From: a virus
DNA: 64,000 nucleotides
Strand: one strand, 5' to 3'
IMG/VR virus record: IMGVR_UViG_3300010883_000017
Span: 9,849 to 73,848 of that record
Part shown: positions 55,383 to 64,000 of the stretch, in pieces
Layout: every line of letters starts with the position of its first letter
Position numbering within the stretch: position 1 is the first letter of the stretch
Made by a program: the position numbers and the translations under genes
Notes under the pieces: generated by a model
The model's input: only the letters and a program-made list of their open reading frames with translations
What the model was told of the DNA's origin: nothing
Database searches by the model: none

Positions 55383-56354
55383 ATGGCGAATGATGCGCTT
55401 GTTGTAACAGGGGGTGGCGTTGGCAATCTTATCCAAGCTACTCCTCTGCTTGTTGCCGCGGCACATTTGCATAACAGTCCTGTTGACGTCTGGCTAGCAG
55501 GTGACGCTCCCTGGCTGGCAGACATAGTACGCGGCCACGAGTCAGTCCGGCGCGTATCCCACGTCCGCGAGGAGGCGATGGGGCCCGTAACAAAGTACAC
55601 GGATGTGTACTACACCTTCCTTAGAAAAGGCGCAGAAGCGCGGAAGGTTCCTGCCACAAATTATCACGCAAGTTGGCACCCGCACTACCCGCGTCACGAG
55701 GCGGAGTGCGCAATGTCCGCTGTACGCGGCGCGGGTTATCACGGAGTTACGCCGCCGACATTTTGTTGTCACGATCTGTTTCCACGTGAGGTCCCCGCGG
55801 GAGTACTTGTGGGGCTTTCTACGGGGAGTAAGGTTGGAGAGCGGTGGAAGATAAAGCGTTATCCACCTGCGCGATATGCTGCTGTGTGCACGCTCATCCA
55901 CCAAGAATTTCCCTTTGTGAAGTTCGTACACGCAGGGGTTTCATCGGACGGGGCGATAGTTCACCCAGAGGTTACGGACTTTCGCGGGGTTGGTACTATA
56001 CGTGAGCAGTTTGGTTTGGTGCGGATGTGCACAGCGTTTATTAGTAATGATTCCGGACTTATGCATGCAGCAGCAGCGCAAGGCATCAAAACATTTGGTA
56101 TATTTGGTCCGACAAATCTATGGAAGAACCTTCCCGCGGAGAATACAACTCCAATTTGCTTAGCAGAGGGTGTTCTTTCGTGTATGCCTTGCCAGAAAGC
56201 GTCAGGGGGGCACGGGTTGGGTCTAAGGACGGACGGGAGCAAGTGCGCGCACGAGTGCATGGAGTTGCTTGCTCCGGAAGTTGTGGCGGCTCCAGTTATC
56301 TCTTTTTTGCGTGGTATATTTCATGAAGTTCACGATAGTGATGACAGTGTATGA
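55383..56354 (+). CDS. GT9 heptosyltransferase-like glycosyltransferase
   Basis: GVGNLIQATP, KRYP, SNDSGLMHAAAA, IFGPT. Confidence 0.85.
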   Translation: MANDALVVTGGGVGNLIQATPLLVAAAHLHNSPVDVWLAGDAPWLADIVRGHESVRRVSHVREEAMGPVTKYTDVYYTFLRKGAEARKVPATNYHASWHPHYPRHEAECAMSAVRGAGYHGVTPPTFCCHDLFPREVPAGVLVGLSTGSKVGERWKIKRYPPARYAAVCTLIHQEFPFVKFVHAGVSSDGAIVHPEVTDFRGVGTIREQFGLVRMCTAFISNDSGLMHAAAAQGIKTFGIFGPTNLWKNLPAENTTPICLAEGVLSCMPCQKASGGHGLGLRTDGSKCAHECMELLAPEVVAAPVISFLRGIFHEVHDSDDSV

Positions 56355-57027
56355 GCGGGAAGAACTTTTTTTACACGCGTTATACACTGTTATTCAACAA
56401 GACTATTCTAACTGGGAACTAATCGTTATTGCGGATGGGCCGCATCCCAATATTGAGCGTGCGGTGGGCCTGGTCAAGCAAGATACATACCAGGCTTTTT
56501 GGGACCGCGCTAACCTTTGTGATCGCATCTCTTATCACGAAGTTCATAAAAGCCCAGCTGGTACAGTTGGTAATCCCTTGCGCCGGCTCGGCCTGGAGTT
56601 AGCTACGGGTGACTATATTTGTTTCGTAGGTCATGATTGTTTAATTGACAACAATTATTTGAGTACGCACAAAGAGTTGATAGACAACAAGAAAGAAGTC
56701 TGTGTCTCTGTTGTGTCTGTGTTGTATTGGACGATCTGGCCTAATAAGCAAGTTATGTACGCTGATGCCCCTAACTGCTCGCCGGAGATTCCTGAATTTG
56801 TCGGGCGTATACCTTGGAGTTTCACCGGTAAGATAGATATGGATACCGCAGAGTCCGGGGAGGCGGATCTTACCTGTTTTTGTTTTCCTGTTGTAGAAGC
56901 ACGTCAAGTAGGTGTGTTCTCTCCTGATTTAGATGAAAAATATGATGCAGATTTTCGATCGTTTTCTAAGCTACGCGCCATAATGCCTGTGGTATTTACA
57001 TCCAAGCCAGTGGCTGGGCATTTTTAG
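56323..57027 (+). CDS. GT2 glycosyltransferase
   Basis: TIVMTVYER, QDYSNWELIVIADG, GLELATGDYI. Confidence 0.8.
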   Translation: MKFTIVMTVYEREELFLHALYTVIQQDYSNWELIVIADGPHPNIERAVGLVKQDTYQAFWDRANLCDRISYHEVHKSPAGTVGNPLRRLGLELATGDYICFVGHDCLIDNNYLSTHKELIDNKKEVCVSVVSVLYWTIWPNKQVMYADAPNCSPEIPEFVGRIPWSFTGKIDMDTAESGEADLTCFCFPVVEARQVGVFSPDLDEKYDADFRSFSKLRAIMPVVFTSKPVAGHF

Positions 57028-57038
57028 GAAATTGGTTC

Positions 57039-58574
57039 ATGACTAAGGTTTTTTGTATTGGTTTGTACAAGACTGGCACCAAGACAATTGCGCAGTGTCT
57101 TCAACAGTTAGGGTTTAATCACCATAAACCAGATAAGGATTTTGCGCACGCGCTCTCTCGTAAGATTTTGAACGGAGACTATGCGGCGGCATTTAAACTT
57201 GTTGAAGAGTACGATGCATTCGGCGATTGGCCTTGGCCGCTTATTTATCCGCAATTAGCGCGCAAGTTTCCTGAAGCCAAGTTTATATTGACGCTCAGAG
57301 AAAGTGAAATTGCGTGGCTGCGCAGTTCTATTCGACATGCATATAGCGCATGGAAAGACGGGAGCTTGGTGGAGCATCTTGAGTTTATTGATTCTGTAAT
57401 AGGTGCAGATGCTGTTAGGAGCCAGGACCGTTTTCTGCATTACTACAGAATGCATGCATGGGCGGTTCGGCATTTTTTTGAGAACTCATTGCAGGAGCCA
57501 AATCGTTTACTCGTTATGAATTGGGGGAACAAAGCTAGCGAGTGGGGCGCATTAGCTGAGTTTCTTGGGAAACCTATACCAGATCCGGATGTTCCGTTTC
57601 CACATGAGAATAAAAGTGCGTCAAATTTATTAGCAGATAACGAGGCGAAGCTAGCCGAATTAAGGGATGTCATTGGATTAAGTGCTGCAGTATCTGCAGA
57701 GGAGTGCCACGTTCCTTTGATGTCGCCGGGTATTTCATGGCCTGCCGTTGAAGTAGGCGAGCTGGAAGTAACTCTTCTTGATTCTACGGGTGTGCTTATT
57801 CTTAGAAATGTTGTTCCGCCAGAAGTTGTTGCGCAGGCTAATGAAGTAATAGACGCGCACTTTGAGGAAGATTCCGCTGCGTGGTCTGATAAACCGTTAG
57901 ACACGGGGTGCCCAAGCAAGTTTAGGTTTATGGAACTTGACCCTGTTTTTCTTGATTTAATGGAAGCTCCGTGCTTCCTTGAGCTGGCTACCTACTTTTT
58001 AGGAACGGGGTTTCGATTTGACCACGCCCTGGGGCAGCAAATGGTCCCTAAATTGGACGCTTACGCAAATCTACACGGCGGCCCACAGCCACGACGGAAC
58101 GCGATAATTTTTTATGTACCAGGGTTACCGCTTGATCGCGGAGTTGTACGAACATCGCAGCTTAAGATGTCCGTGCAGCTTACTAGACAAGGGCCCGATA
58201 CCGGTGGTTTCTGTTATATCCCGGGGTCGCACACCAGTGCCGATTACAAGGATGTTACTACGTTGGCTAATAGCTTCGGTAAGTTGCAGTCTACTGGTGA
58301 TGTTGTTGTACCTGAGTTGAATCCAGGGGATGTGTTTATATTTCCTGAATCTTTAGTGCATGGGCGCACTAAGCAAAAAGGATTACGAAGAACACTACAC
58401 TACTCTTACACATCTGGGTTTTCTTCTTTTATGGCGTACGAGGAAGTGGCTCGTCCGTTGCTTTCCTGTGCGCGCACAGAGGTGCAACAAAGTTTATTGC
58501 GGGCACCCTATACGATGGTAGAAGACCCGGTGACACACGCAGGCGCCGCACGAACGCCAACGGTAATAAGTTAA
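57039..58574 (+). CDS. sulfotransferase fused to phytanoyl-CoA-dioxygenase-like 2OG-Fe(II) domain
   Basis: KVFCIGLYKTGT, AKFILTLR, FPHEN; then LHGG, GGFCYIPGSH, PGDVFIF..LVHG, RR. Confidence 0.8.
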   Translation: MTKVFCIGLYKTGTKTIAQCLQQLGFNHHKPDKDFAHALSRKILNGDYAAAFKLVEEYDAFGDWPWPLIYPQLARKFPEAKFILTLRESEIAWLRSSIRHAYSAWKDGSLVEHLEFIDSVIGADAVRSQDRFLHYYRMHAWAVRHFFENSLQEPNRLLVMNWGNKASEWGALAEFLGKPIPDPDVPFPHENKSASNLLADNEAKLAELRDVIGLSAAVSAEECHVPLMSPGISWPAVEVGELEVTLLDSTGVLILRNVVPPEVVAQANEVIDAHFEEDSAAWSDKPLDTGCPSKFRFMELDPVFLDLMEAPCFLELATYFLGTGFRFDHALGQQMVPKLDAYANLHGGPQPRRNAIIFYVPGLPLDRGVVRTSQLKMSVQLTRQGPDTGGFCYIPGSHTSADYKDVTTLANSFGKLQSTGDVVVPELNPGDVFIFPESLVHGRTKQKGLRRTLHYSYTSGFSSFMAYEEVARPLLSCARTEVQQSLLRAPYTMVEDPVTHAGAARTPTVIS

Positions 58575-59362
58575 TGCTTTACTTTATCGTGCCTACCAAG
58601 ATAGGCTCCGCAGAGGGCGTACGCGGTGCTAATATCTTGTCTTGTCTTTCAGCGACGGCAGCTGTTATTGGAGATATTTCTGTTAATGTATTTGACGTTA
58701 ACTCTGATGTATTTTGGAGGGATGCTCGTTTTACAGCACTTCCAGCGGAACTAAACCTGTGTCCGTTTGTGCATTGGAATAAGAGCCGGGTTTTGAACTA
58801 CGCGTTAAACGTGTTGCCTCCGGATGCTATTGTGTTCGTGCTAGACGCTGATGTGGTGGTACCAGAGAACTTAGCTGACATTATTCTTAATGTTGTTAGG
58901 CCCGGGATTTTAATCTTTCCGGTGTGCTATTCTTTACACAAGGATGTGCTTCTACCACAGAAGAAGTACAAAACTGCCTCGGCGGTAACTACCGACCTCG
59001 GCGATTGCGCTAATCCACAAGGGGATGCGCAGGGGTGGTGGAGGTATACAGGAACAGGTCTTGTGGGCGGGTACATCTCTGATTTTAAAAAGTTGGGGGG
59101 CTACTCTACTGAGCTCGGCGTATGCTGGGGCGGGGAGGACACGCTTCTATTTGCGCGGGCCTCTGCCCGGGCTAGCGTTGTACGTGTTTGTATTCCGGGC
59201 CTTTACCACCAGTGGCACCCGCCGAGCGCGGGCGCTTCGTTGCTTGAAAAGAAGAAAGAGGTGGCACCAGAGTTAAAAGATGAAATAGACGCGCTGCTTG
59301 CTGGCGGTTTTTCTACTAAATTAACAACGACAAGCGAGCTGCCGGCCAGGTTATTTTCGTAA
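58574..59362 (+). CDS. GT-A glycosyltransferase (GT7/chondroitin-synthase-like C-terminus)
   Basis: LDADV, LGGY, WGGED, LYHQWH. Confidence 0.75.
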   Translation: MLYFIVPTKIGSAEGVRGANILSCLSATAAVIGDISVNVFDVNSDVFWRDARFTALPAELNLCPFVHWNKSRVLNYALNVLPPDAIVFVLDADVVVPENLADIILNVVRPGILIFPVCYSLHKDVLLPQKKYKTASAVTTDLGDCANPQGDAQGWWRYTGTGLVGGYISDFKKLGGYSTELGVCWGGEDTLLFARASARASVVRVCIPGLYHQWHPPSAGASLLEKKKEVAPELKDEIDALLAGGFSTKLTTTSELPARLFS

Positions 59363-59457
59363 ACGGTAAATAAGGCTTCTTCTTTGCTCTCGGTCACTGC
59401 TATGCTAAACTTATCTAAGTTAGCTACTGACCCATTTTATGTTGAAAGGATTCAATC

Positions 59458-59712
59458 ATGATTAAAGGCGAACGCGTTCCGAACCGCTCTGACCACGAAG
59501 CCGCTTGTCCCCAGGTTTTCAAGGAAACACCTAAGCCTGTTAAGGCAGCTGCTGCTCCCAAGAAGTCCAAGAAAAAGGTAGATGTCGAAGAAGTAGTTGC
59601 TGAGGAAGTAGTTGCTGAGGAAGTAGTCGATGCGGAAATAATTGAAGATGCGGATTCCGACGATTCCGACGATTCCGACGATTCCGACGGCGACGACGGC
59701 GACGAGTTTTGA
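59458..59712 (+). CDS. small protein with acidic tandem repeats
   Basis: AAAGGA RBS; GAAGTAGTTGCTGAG x~3, GATTCCGAC x4. Confidence 0.65.
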   Translation: MIKGERVPNRSDHEAACPQVFKETPKPVKAAAAPKKSKKKVDVEEVVAEEVVAEEVVDAEIIEDADSDDSDDSDDSDGDDGDEF

Positions 59713-59736
59713 AGAGATATTAACAGGAGAAAACTG

Positions 59737-60942
59737 ATGGCAGATGATTTGAATGAAGGTGTTAACGAGGAGCCGGCCCCAGCGCCGGAAGCTCCTTCGG
59801 ATGATCTTGGTGCGGACCTTGGTGACCTGGGTCTTGAGGATCTGGACATCCCGATTCCGCCAGAGACAGCATCTTCAGATGAGATTGAGGACACGTTCGA
59901 TTTTGATACGGCGTTCAAGTTCTCGTTTGTTGGCGTAGGTCAGGGCGGCTCTCGCTTAGCTGAGTCTTTTTATAAGATCGGCTATCGTCGTGTGGCGGCT
60001 ATCAATACTACGCTGCAGGATCTCACAGCTATCTCTATCCCTGATAAAAACAAGTTGGACATCGGGGGTGGCGGGGCTGGTAAGGATCCTGCTGTTGCAG
60101 CTGCTGCAATTGCTGATAAGGACGAAGACGTTTATGACGTATTGAAGCGGTCTTGGGGCCGGGATACAGACTATGCAGTCGTTTGCTTGGGTGCTGGTGG
60201 CGGCACTGGTGCGGGCGCTACTGAAAAGGTTGTCGAAGTTGCTCGCCGGCTCATGGATGAAAATGGGCGGCCCGTTCGTGTCGGGGTGATTGTAGCTCTA
60301 CCCAAGAATAGTGAAGGGCAGAAGCCCGCTAAGAATGCGCTGTACACGATTGAGAAACTGTCGGCGATGGGCGTGAGTCCTGCTGTGATTCTTGATAACG
60401 AGCGCATTCGTGAGTTGTATGATCCGGTTCCTGCTAAAGAGTTTCCGCTGGCTAACAGCTCGATTGCTAAGTACCTACACTTGTTCAATCGATTGGCGGC
60501 TCAAGATTCTGAGCACACAACGTTTGATCGCGCAGATCTGTCTACGTTGCTTGACAGTGGTGTGGTGGCGTTTGGTGCGCAAAAGATCTCGGAGTGGGGC
60601 GATGCCCCTGCTATCTCTGCGGCTATCCGTCAACAGTTGAGGAAGAACATTCTCGCGTCTGTTGACTTGACCCAGGGTCGTAAGGCCGGTCTTTTGTTTG
60701 TTATGGGCCGTGAGGTTTACGATCAGATTAAGTCATCCACTTTGGATCATGGCTTTGAGATGCTTAATCGTATCCTGGGAGAGGACTCGATAGTGTATCG
60801 AGGAGTATATCCTGGCGGTGCCGCAGGCCTGACAGCGCTTACTATGATCGGTGAGTTGAAGTGGCCGCGCGAGCGCCTGCTTGAACTAGCTAAGATTGCT
60901 GGCGTTGATAAGGGTGAAATTGAAAACTGGCTTGGCGTATAA
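59737..60942 (+). CDS. tubulin/FtsZ-family GTPase (PhuZ/TubZ/CetZ-like)
   Basis: GVGQGGSRLA, GAGKDP, GGGTGAG signature, DNE, FDRAD. Confidence 0.88.
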   Translation: MADDLNEGVNEEPAPAPEAPSDDLGADLGDLGLEDLDIPIPPETASSDEIEDTFDFDTAFKFSFVGVGQGGSRLAESFYKIGYRRVAAINTTLQDLTAISIPDKNKLDIGGGGAGKDPAVAAAAIADKDEDVYDVLKRSWGRDTDYAVVCLGAGGGTGAGATEKVVEVARRLMDENGRPVRVGVIVALPKNSEGQKPAKNALYTIEKLSAMGVSPAVILDNERIRELYDPVPAKEFPLANSSIAKYLHLFNRLAAQDSEHTTFDRADLSTLLDSGVVAFGAQKISEWGDAPAISAAIRQQLRKNILASVDLTQGRKAGLLFVMGREVYDQIKSSTLDHGFEMLNRILGEDSIVYRGVYPGGAAGLTALTMIGELKWPRERLLELAKIAGVDKGEIENWLGV

Positions 60943-60952
60943 GGAGCATTAC

Positions 60953-61330
60953 GTGGACAATCAAGATCTTTTCGAGTATCTCTACGATACTTATATGCAG
61001 GAGCTATCGGGTGACAGTGGCGCAGTATCTGAGGGTTCTTTTTCTATGGCAGATGATGCTGCCGTTAAAAAGTTCTGTGAGTTTGCGCGAGCGCACTTAG
61101 AGGTCAACGCGCCTATAAGTATGGGGTTCGAGGACACGGGCGTGGGCTTTCAGTTGCAGGACGGAACTCACCTTGTGTTTGTGGAGCAGCGCTCGAACCA
61201 GCCCGACACCCCCGACGGGTCAATTCCCGTTACTATGGCGACTACATCAAATCGCGGCATGTCTAGTATGCGCTCAGGGGACGACTCAGTAGCTATTACT
61301 GAAGGAAAAGAAGGAAACGATAAAAAATGA
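60953..61330 (+). CDS. hypothetical protein
   Basis: AAGGAG RBS before GTG. Confidence 0.55.
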   Translation: MDNQDLFEYLYDTYMQELSGDSGAVSEGSFSMADDAAVKKFCEFARAHLEVNAPISMGFEDTGVGFQLQDGTHLVFVEQRSNQPDTPDGSIPVTMATTSNRGMSSMRSGDDSVAITEGKEGNDKK

Positions 61331-62595
61331 CGGCGAAAGCGTCGCTTCCTTCAGAGTTGCTGGCAACCAGTAAATTAAAGCTCGTACATCTGGAAGTTAC
61401 TTCTAAGTGTAACCTCCGCTGTACGTACTGTGCGGTTAGCCAGCCTGAGTACAAAGGGTACGATTTAAACGTATCCAATTTGCCTGGCATCGTCGCTGAC
61501 CTCAAGCGGCTGGGCGCCGAGACTATTAGTCTTAACGGTCATGGGGAGACCACCTTTCATAACGATTGGAAAGATGTCTTTGAGGCAATAGTCGGTAATT
61601 TTCCCAGGACAGAGATTACTACTAATTTAGCACGTAATTATTCTGATGAAGAGATAGAGCTGTTATCTCGTGTAGATGTTATCACGGTCAGCTTAGACAC
61701 CCCCGACCCGGTATTACTGAAAGACACGCGCAGACATGTGGATCTCGGCGTGGTCTTGACCAATATAGCTAGGATTCGAGGGGCCGCGCGACATCGCCCT
61801 GCCGCAAAATCTGAAACCGATCATAGGCCGGGTTATATGAAATTACTCGGGGTTGATCCTGCTGTTGCTCCGGATGTTATTAGTGCTACGGGCACAGATC
61901 CCTACTGGGCTCATAACGCTTACAGGATTACTCCTCGGTTTATGTTTAGTTGTGTCGTTCACGATAAGAATGTGCTGACACTTCCAGCGCTCGCACATCT
62001 TGCCGTGGCTGTTAATGTTTCACACGTCATATTTTGCAATATGACAAAATACAAGGATCTCCCGGGGGTCGTGAATGTTCAACCTGTGAGTTCTTTGTCG
62101 GACACTGATGCGCTCATAGCTGCGCGGGAGTCTTTGAAGCTGGCAGAAGGAATCCTTCTTAGGAATGGATTACATCCTGATGTTCAGGACAGTCTGCCAG
62201 CGTCTATTGATGAGGCTATCGCTAATAGTTGGCGCAAAAAGGCGGCTCCGCGCCCTTTAACAATTGCCACCGTTAAACAACCACATGCTGCACTGTTATC
62301 TGCGCAACGTAATTTCAGGATGCCTGAAAAAGGAGAGACCCGGGATTGCTTAGATCCGTGGAACTTTTCAATTATATATGCAACTGGAAAGGTTGCTCCT
62401 TGTTGCTGGCATGACTCGATGTATACGCTTGGTAAGGACGGATCTCTTTTAGATATCCTCTCAGCCGAAAAAACCGTTAAACTAAGGAAGCAGTTACTAA
62501 CAGGGCGGCTTAATAAGTTTTGTAAGACGTGCCCTGCGCGTGGACTAACTACCACGGACGACCTGCGAGAAAAAGTTGCTGCGCGGGACGACTAG
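61327..62595 (+). CDS. radical SAM protein with SPASM/twitch domain
   Basis: CNLRCTYC, GHGET, C..PW..GKVAPCC..CKTC. Confidence 0.88.
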   Translation: MTAKASLPSELLATSKLKLVHLEVTSKCNLRCTYCAVSQPEYKGYDLNVSNLPGIVADLKRLGAETISLNGHGETTFHNDWKDVFEAIVGNFPRTEITTNLARNYSDEEIELLSRVDVITVSLDTPDPVLLKDTRRHVDLGVVLTNIARIRGAARHRPAAKSETDHRPGYMKLLGVDPAVAPDVISATGTDPYWAHNAYRITPRFMFSCVVHDKNVLTLPALAHLAVAVNVSHVIFCNMTKYKDLPGVVNVQPVSSLSDTDALIAARESLKLAEGILLRNGLHPDVQDSLPASIDEAIANSWRKKAAPRPLTIATVKQPHAALLSAQRNFRMPEKGETRDCLDPWNFSIIYATGKVAPCCWHDSMYTLGKDGSLLDILSAEKTVKLRKQLLTGRLNKFCKTCPARGLTTTDDLREKVAARDD

Positions 62596-62607
62596 TAGGA
62601 GTCAAGG

Positions 62608-63207
62608 ATGATTATTGCTTTTGGTCACCGGCGTAGAGTCGGTAAGGATGTAGCCACGCGTGCGATGATTGACATGCTTGCCGCGCGGAACATACCTGCG
62701 CTGCGTGTTTCCTTTGCCGATGGCCTTAAGGAAAGCTGCGCAGATATATTTGGGTGGGCCGGGTTACAGGGGCCGGGGTTTTACGAGGAGTACCCGGTAG
62801 AGAAGGAGGAGGTGTTACCTGACCTGGGGTTATCCCCGCGGACCATCTGGATAGATGTGGGTAATAAGTTACGGGAAGTATATACGGATGTGTGGATTGA
62901 CTTGGCGTTACGCCAATCAGAGGGCCGTGAGGCTGTTATAATCATTTCTGATTTACGCTATCCCAATGAAGCTGCTAAAGTTCGTGCTATGGGTGGGGTT
63001 CTTGTTAAAGTTACTAGGGACGTAGCGCCTGTCAGCAATGATGTGGCTGATGTAGCGTTGGCCGACTACACTGAGTGGGATATGACATTGACTAACAACG
63101 GCACTAGAGAAGAGCTGCAGAGCCAGCTGGTGTCTTTAGTAAATATAGTGGAGACATTGCATGGCCTTCCTACGACTAAAAAACAGCCCAAAACGGGTGA
63201 AGATTGA
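62608..63207 (+). CDS. deoxynucleoside monophosphate kinase
   Basis: GHRRRVGKD, SFADGLK, ISDLRYPNE, NNGT. Confidence 0.85.
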   Translation: MIIAFGHRRRVGKDVATRAMIDMLAARNIPALRVSFADGLKESCADIFGWAGLQGPGFYEEYPVEKEEVLPDLGLSPRTIWIDVGNKLREVYTDVWIDLALRQSEGREAVIIISDLRYPNEAAKVRAMGGVLVKVTRDVAPVSNDVADVALADYTEWDMTLTNNGTREELQSQLVSLVNIVETLHGLPTTKKQPKTGED

Positions 63208-63460
63208 TGCCCCCGTGGATGGGCTTAGAGCCCGTGCATGGGAGATTCATAGCAATGGCTACGTGGTCTGTAGGGAGACTATTCGTGTAGGAACCACGTC
63301 CGCTCGGCGTAGCACTTACCTCCATCGGTTAATAATGCAACCAGGGCGGGAACAAAGGGTTCGATTTAAGAATGGAAATCCGTTAGATTGTAGGGAAGAG
63401 AACCTATACGTGGTGGGGCCGCCTGACGAGCCACCTGCGGACGCGCCTTCTTTCGATTAA
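63161..63460 (+). CDS. HNH endonuclease-like protein
   Basis: YLHRLIM...NGNPLDCREENL; catalytic DH replaced by RF. Confidence 0.65.
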   Translation: MAFLRLKNSPKRVKIDAPVDGLRARAWEIHSNGYVVCRETIRVGTTSARRSTYLHRLIMQPGREQRVRFKNGNPLDCREENLYVVGPPDEPPADAPSFD

Positions 63461-63487
63461 CTACGTGCCGGGCGTAGGAGAGCATGG

Positions 63488-64000
63488 ATGCCATATAAGT
63501 CTGATGCGCAACGTCGTTACTTCAATGCCAATCGCGATGAGCTCGAAGCTCAGGACGTTGACGTAGACGAATGGAATGATTCCAGCCGGGGCAAGAAGCT
63601 TCCCGAGCGCGCAAAGAAGAAGAAGCGCAAGAAGGAGGCTGCCGACAAGTTAACCGAGCAGCAGGTGCGGCAAAATATTGCTAACGCCACTACCCAGGAG
63701 GAATTGCTGGGCGCACATAAGCCAGTAGATCCTCTGCATGTGCCCAAGACTGTTGCTAACTCAGCACTCACGTTTGGGAAAAATGTGGGGAAGCATGGTT
63801 GGCTAAATGCTCTGGGGCTTCGTAACGTGAAAAAGCAGGAGATACCGCCCACGGCAGAAATGGCTAAGGCTGCTTCCATCAAGCTAGCCACGTCCCGAGT
63901 TCACGGGACAGGCCTGTTTACTAATGTAGACATTAAGCAAGGTACAAAGTTTGCCCGCGCCATGGTGAGGATGCGAGGCAAGGACGCTCAATCGCGTTAC
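63488..64000 (+). CDS. 3'-truncated protein containing the start of a SET-like domain
   Basis: My translation: MPYKSDAQRRYF...SRVHGTGLFTNVDIKQG, open to the window end (absent from the ORF track). Confidence 0.6.
   Translation, partial: MPYKSDAQRRYFNANRDELEAQDVDVDEWNDSSRGKKLPERAKKKKRKKEAADKLTEQQVRQNIANATTQEELLGAHKPVDPLHVPKTVANSALTFGKNVGKHGWLNALGLRNVKKQEIPPTAEMAKAASIKLATSRVHGTGLFTNVDIKQGTKFARAMVRMRGKDAQSRY

Noticed and set aside
1-64000. Alternative genetic code
   Set aside because: Long conserved genes are intact under the standard code and TAG, TGA and TAA all serve as stops

Overview
A 64-kb segment of a large (probably jumbo) dsDNA phage. Genes are densely packed and almost all on the + strand; the host is tentatively a Planctomycete. 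It carries a replication/recombination block (SbcCD, SF2 helicase, DnaB-like helicase, primase, UDG-fused PolA, RecA, DnaQ-like exonuclease, RuvC-like resolvase), sugar-nucleotide, glycosyltransferase and sulfotransferase genes (rmlA, rmlB, hldE, GT9, GT2), csrA, a retron-type RT, a tubulin/FtsZ homologue, a putative portal and two tRNAs. The main result is at ~0.9-6.8 kb: about ten non-coding units built from 5-nt periods (degenerate AGY scaffold + variable NN). Most end in a covarying GNRA hairpin followed by ATTTTTGATCYAAG, and one unit sits directly upstream of a stand-alone Cas7/RAMP-like gene. Reading only the NN dinucleotides as codon positions 1-2 (wobble skipped), five units spell conserved protein motifs: C5 DNA methyltransferase GGPPCQ and GGFPCQPFS, type I HsdM-like ANPPFSxDKW, tyrosine integrase FHTYRHSFIS, and GHKL ATPase GRFGMGLPNAS. 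This points to an RNA-guided system with a gapped, synonymous-change-tolerant code aimed at restriction-modification and mobile-element genes. It resembles, from memory, the recently reported VIPR systems. All annotations are by-eye motif recognition; no searches were run.
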